This document shows, piece after piece, positions 62,201 to 64,000 of a stretch of DNA of 64,000 nt. The DNA comes from Pecten maximus (taxonomy: Eukaryota): assembly GCF_902652985.1 (NCBI RefSeq), contig NC_047018.1, positions 33,294,001 through 33,358,000 of the forward strand. The letters run 5' to 3'. Position 1 is the first letter of the stretch. Each line of letters starts with the position of its first letter. The notes beneath the pieces are model-generated. The model saw nothing but the letters and a program-made list of their open reading frames with translations, ran no database searches and was not told the origin of the DNA. A program made the position numbers and the translations under genes.

Positions 62201-62811
62201 TTATATTGGAAAACACCAGTTTAAGAAATTTATGCTTATGAAATGTAGTATAGTTGAGTTTAACATTTGGTGAAGGCAGAAACTGGAAAACTCACAGCTG
62301 GATGGACAGATATAGTAATACATTTTTACACAGGATCAGATCATTTAACCTTGGCCTTCTTGGTGAAAGGTTTGTCTTTTGTAAACAGTGCCTCCTTAAC
62401 ATCTACATCTTATAACTAGTTATAATTGACTGATTTTAGTACCTGTATATGAAAGCAGAATCTTTGAAGTTTACACTAGGAAAATGTCATTTTCAGTTAA
62501 CAGAGCTCTTAAGTCACATGTGTGGTACGTTTTAAAACCTACTTCATTATAACCATAATATAGATTAGATGTATTTTGAAAATTTCAAGCCATAATTCCT
62601 AAATCTGTTGTTAAAATGTATACATGAAATGTAGTCATTAATATATGCATGTACATTATTTTGTCTTTGACCTTCAGATGAGGTTGGAGTGTCCTTGACC
62701 TTTTTCATATTCAGTCTGATCTGTGGGTTATCCACAGGATTTGTATTTCTGTTTGTCCCGGAGACAAAAGGACGTTCCTTGGAACAGATATCTTCAGATC
62801 TTACAAAAGAG
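47248..62811 (+). CDS. SLC2A10: Class III facilitative sugar transporter, GLUT10/GLUT12-like (C-terminus unresolved)
   Basis: Core exons 55399-55629, 55977-56093, 57050-57156, 57880-57963, 58340-58443, 58747-58855, 59564-59647, 60223-60420, 60649-61021, 61997-62119 and 62678-62811, all in phase. Motifs: [76 protein letters not shown], a large glycosylated loop 9 (NQS, NLT, NST), [15 protein letters not shown] and PETKG. Probably a pro-orthologue of both SLC2A10 and SLC2A12. Confidence 0.93.
50177..50977 (+). mobile_element. HINE/DINE-1-like (Helentron-associated) element
   Basis: TTTT flank, 5' AGCTCACC..GGTGAGCT hairpin/subTIR, CCGTCCGTCC microsatellite, internal repeats, 3' GGTGAGC subTIR, AGGCC..GGCTT stem and a CTTGTT end. 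Confidence 0.8.
51094..51392. mobile_element. Tc1/mariner-type MITE remnant
   Basis: Imperfect TIRs TATTCGCTGTATTAAGCACCC (51094) and GGGCGCTAATCGCAGCGAATACAG-TA (51367-51392). Confidence 0.6.
52979..53087 (+). CDS. GLUT candidate alternative start or cassette exon B (MGSLLSK...VDK)
   Basis: actATGg context, 36 codons, donor AAG|GTAGAG; phase 1 matches the acceptor at 55399. Confidence 0.55.
53374..53505. mobile_element. Short MITE remnant
   Basis: Imperfect TIRs GTCGAACTTCATTATCTCAAA and TTTGGGATAACAAAGTTGGAC. Confidence 0.5.
54200..55255. repeat. 62-bp minisatellite interrupted by the piggyBac-like MITE
   Basis: Unit CACCCTGTAACATCTGACCAAGTCTACCAGAACGGCGACATTACCGACTCTAACTTTACCAA with period 62 (54935 and 54997). 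Confidence 0.92.
54289..54671. mobile_element. piggyBac-like MITE (383 bp)
   Basis: TTAA|CTCTTTACCAC ... GTGGTAAAGAG|TTAA, with subterminal inverted ATGACGACATATGACG (54361) and CGTCATATGTCGTCAT (about 54639-54654). Confidence 0.85.
55399..55629 (+). CDS. GLUT exon (N-tail, TM1)
   Basis: [10 protein letters not shown]...[17 protein letters not shown]. Confidence 0.92.
55650..55850 (+). mobile_element. Mini HINE-like element (about 200 bp)
   Basis: TTTTTATGCCCCC start, 3' GGGGCAT subTIR (55815-55821), ATGTCT-TACAAC-AGACAT hairpin and a CTAGTT end. Confidence 0.6.
55977..56093 (+). CDS. GLUT exon (TM2)
   Basis: [39 protein letters not shown]. Confidence 0.95.
56406..56555. repeat. 150-bp foldback inverted repeat
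   Basis: Outer arms TAAGCATTGATGTCA and TGACATCAATGCTTA, with inner nested arms ATGAAAAA/TTTTTCAT, TGTTTG/CAAACA and GAATCCG/CGGATTC. Confidence 0.85.
57050..57156 (+). CDS. GLUT exon (TM3)
   Basis: [35 protein letters not shown]. Confidence 0.95.
57157..57620. repeat. About 59-bp minisatellite with an A/B dimer higher-order structure, derived from a GLUT exon end and its donor
   Basis: Alternating units ...GTACTGGAATGATCCTGTTAGGGGGTTTAATTCTGGTCTCC.GTTATCTCCCCTA and ...GTAAATAATGGAATGATCTTATTAAAGGTTTAATTTTGGTCACCAGTTATCTCCCCTA. Confidence 0.92.
57880..57963 (+). CDS. GLUT exon (TM4)
   Basis: [28 protein letters not shown]. Confidence 0.95.
58340..58443 (+). CDS. GLUT exon (TM5)
   Basis: [35 protein letters not shown]. 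Confidence 0.95.
58747..58855 (+). CDS. GLUT exon (TM6)
   Basis: [36 protein letters not shown]. Confidence 0.95.
58955..59292. repeat. TTCATGAA palindrome-rich array
   Basis: About 20 or more TCATGA palindromes in about 340 bp, with recurring CATGAACTTAAAACT subunits. Confidence 0.85.
59564..59647 (+). CDS. GLUT exon (central cytoplasmic loop)
   Basis: [28 protein letters not shown]. Confidence 0.92.
60223..60420 (+). CDS. GLUT exon (TM7-8)
   Basis: [44 protein letters not shown]...GVIK. Confidence 0.95.
60649..61021 (+). CDS. GLUT exon (TM8-10, loop 9)
   Basis: [21 protein letters not shown]...AAYAIGFGP. Confidence 0.95.
61060..61464 (+). mobile_element. 3' part of a HINE-like element
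   Basis: Ends CCGGTGAGCAGTGCAGGTCCATTGGGCCTCTTGTTTTT, homologous to 50943-50977. Confidence 0.6.
61997..62119 (+). CDS. GLUT exon (TM11)
   Basis: [41 protein letters not shown]. Confidence 0.95.
62678..62811 (+). CDS. GLUT exon (TM12, PETKG)
   Basis: [45 protein letters not shown], donor GTAGGT. Confidence 0.95.
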
Positions 62812-63197
62812 GTAGGTCAAGTTACCAGATTGTTTAAACTGAAGTTTTAATTACTAGTATATGGTATATGTGCTTCCTTTAAAATCAGCTGATGATAAAG
62901 ATATTACACAAACGCTTAATTAGATGTGTGTGCTTCTGTCTTTCAGTCTTAATCTAATATGTACAAGAGTTATTATTCAAACTAGCAGTATTGTTCCATA
63001 TTTACTAATTAAAATAAACAAGTTTTGTTATCAAAATTATTATCTGCATAAAAATTATGTTTTGGTACATTTGTTTGGTACATTTATAACAATGATATTT
63101 TTGTAGTGTAGACAAAGGTTTTTTTTTTATATATAAATTTTGTATATCTATGTTACTTATAAATATTGATATTTTATATTAACATTGTCTACCACAG

Positions 63198-63227
63198 TTG
63201 TGTAGTTGGGAAATGTCCTTGTTCCTG
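63198..63227 (+). CDS. Possible 30-nt GLUT C-tail micro-exon
   Basis: Bounded by ccacag| and CTG|GTAAGA. It is open in phase 0 (LCSWEMSLFL) and phase 2 (CVVGKCPCSW), so the frame is unresolved. Confidence 0.45.
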
Positions 63228-64000
63228 GTAAGATCATTCTGCTCACGTCTTGGGTGGTGGTTCATCTGTACCTTGTTAACAATGAACTTTGGTTTAACTG
63301 GTGTTGGTTTGATACTAATGAACACGGTTGATAGATTTTACTCACTGGTCAATGGAAAGAAAGGTTTTTGCACATGTTTTTCTAGAACTATTACCATGAA
63401 ACTTTCATGTGTGCTTACAATTCAAAGTTTCTACAGACCTATTTCCGTTTCTGATTGTCAAAAAATTGACATCTTCATAAACTTATCACCTTTTTTTTAA
63501 AACTGCACAATTTGACATTCTTTTGTCAAAGAACAAAGGTCACTGTTAAAAAATAGAATTCTGATATTTCACTCTACTTTAACTTCTCATCTGAATGGGT
63601 AAATGATCATGAAACTTACACAGCTCCATATTCACAAATACCACCTCCGGCATGAGTAAGACTTCATACATGTTCTGGGATGGATAAACAAGGTCACCTT
63701 CACTGTTGACTCAAACTTATAGATGATCATTTTACAGACAATGTTTTACATCACCAGTCAAAAACACTATTCCGAATTGCCATTTAACTTTACACACAAA
63801 CATATGTGTGTTCCAAGATATCACCCTTTTTTCGTGTTTTCATTTTGACCATGCAAAATGGGGCTGCTGGCAAGTAAATATTTCTATTGAACATTAATCT
63901 GCCAGTAGTGAAGAACAACTGGTTTAAGATCAGATATAAAAATGTAATTTTTAGTTCATAGAGCTCTTCTGAAAGAAAGTTATCTTTTTTGTTGAAGCTT

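Noticed and set aside
63198-63500. 100-aa ORF as the terminal GLUT exon
   Set aside because: It runs through a strong GTAAGA donor into decayed HINE-like sequence, and its hydrophobic composition does not fit a cytoplasmic tail.

Overview
AT-rich, intron-rich animal genomic DNA. The repeat repertoire (HINE/DINE-1-like elements, tRNA-derived SINE with an (AAAC)n tail, minisatellites) suggests a bivalve mollusc; this is inference. I assembled three spliced genes by hand from GT-AG junctions with consistent phases. (1) A + strand tetraspanin with 8 coding exons at 9132/9201-24764 (307 aa from ATG 9201) and a probable further in-frame exon at the window start. (2) A complete - strand phosphotriesterase-related protein gene PTER with 8 exons at 45822-37980 (348 aa, metal ligands intact). 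(3) A + strand class III GLUT (SLC2A10/SLC2A12-like), head-to-head with PTER, whose C-terminus is unresolved or lies beyond the window. Main observations: two candidate alternative N-terminal GLUT exons that both complete a [DE]xxxLL sorting motif across the splice junction, one also carrying an N-myristoylation signal; a 32-bp perfect palindrome with a 7-bp target duplication (a minimal P-like element); intronic minisatellites seeded from splice junctions; a piggyBac-like MITE inserted in a minisatellite; and an apparent CpG-rich to CpG-poor switch. There are no prokaryotic features, CRISPR arrays or intact transposase ORFs.
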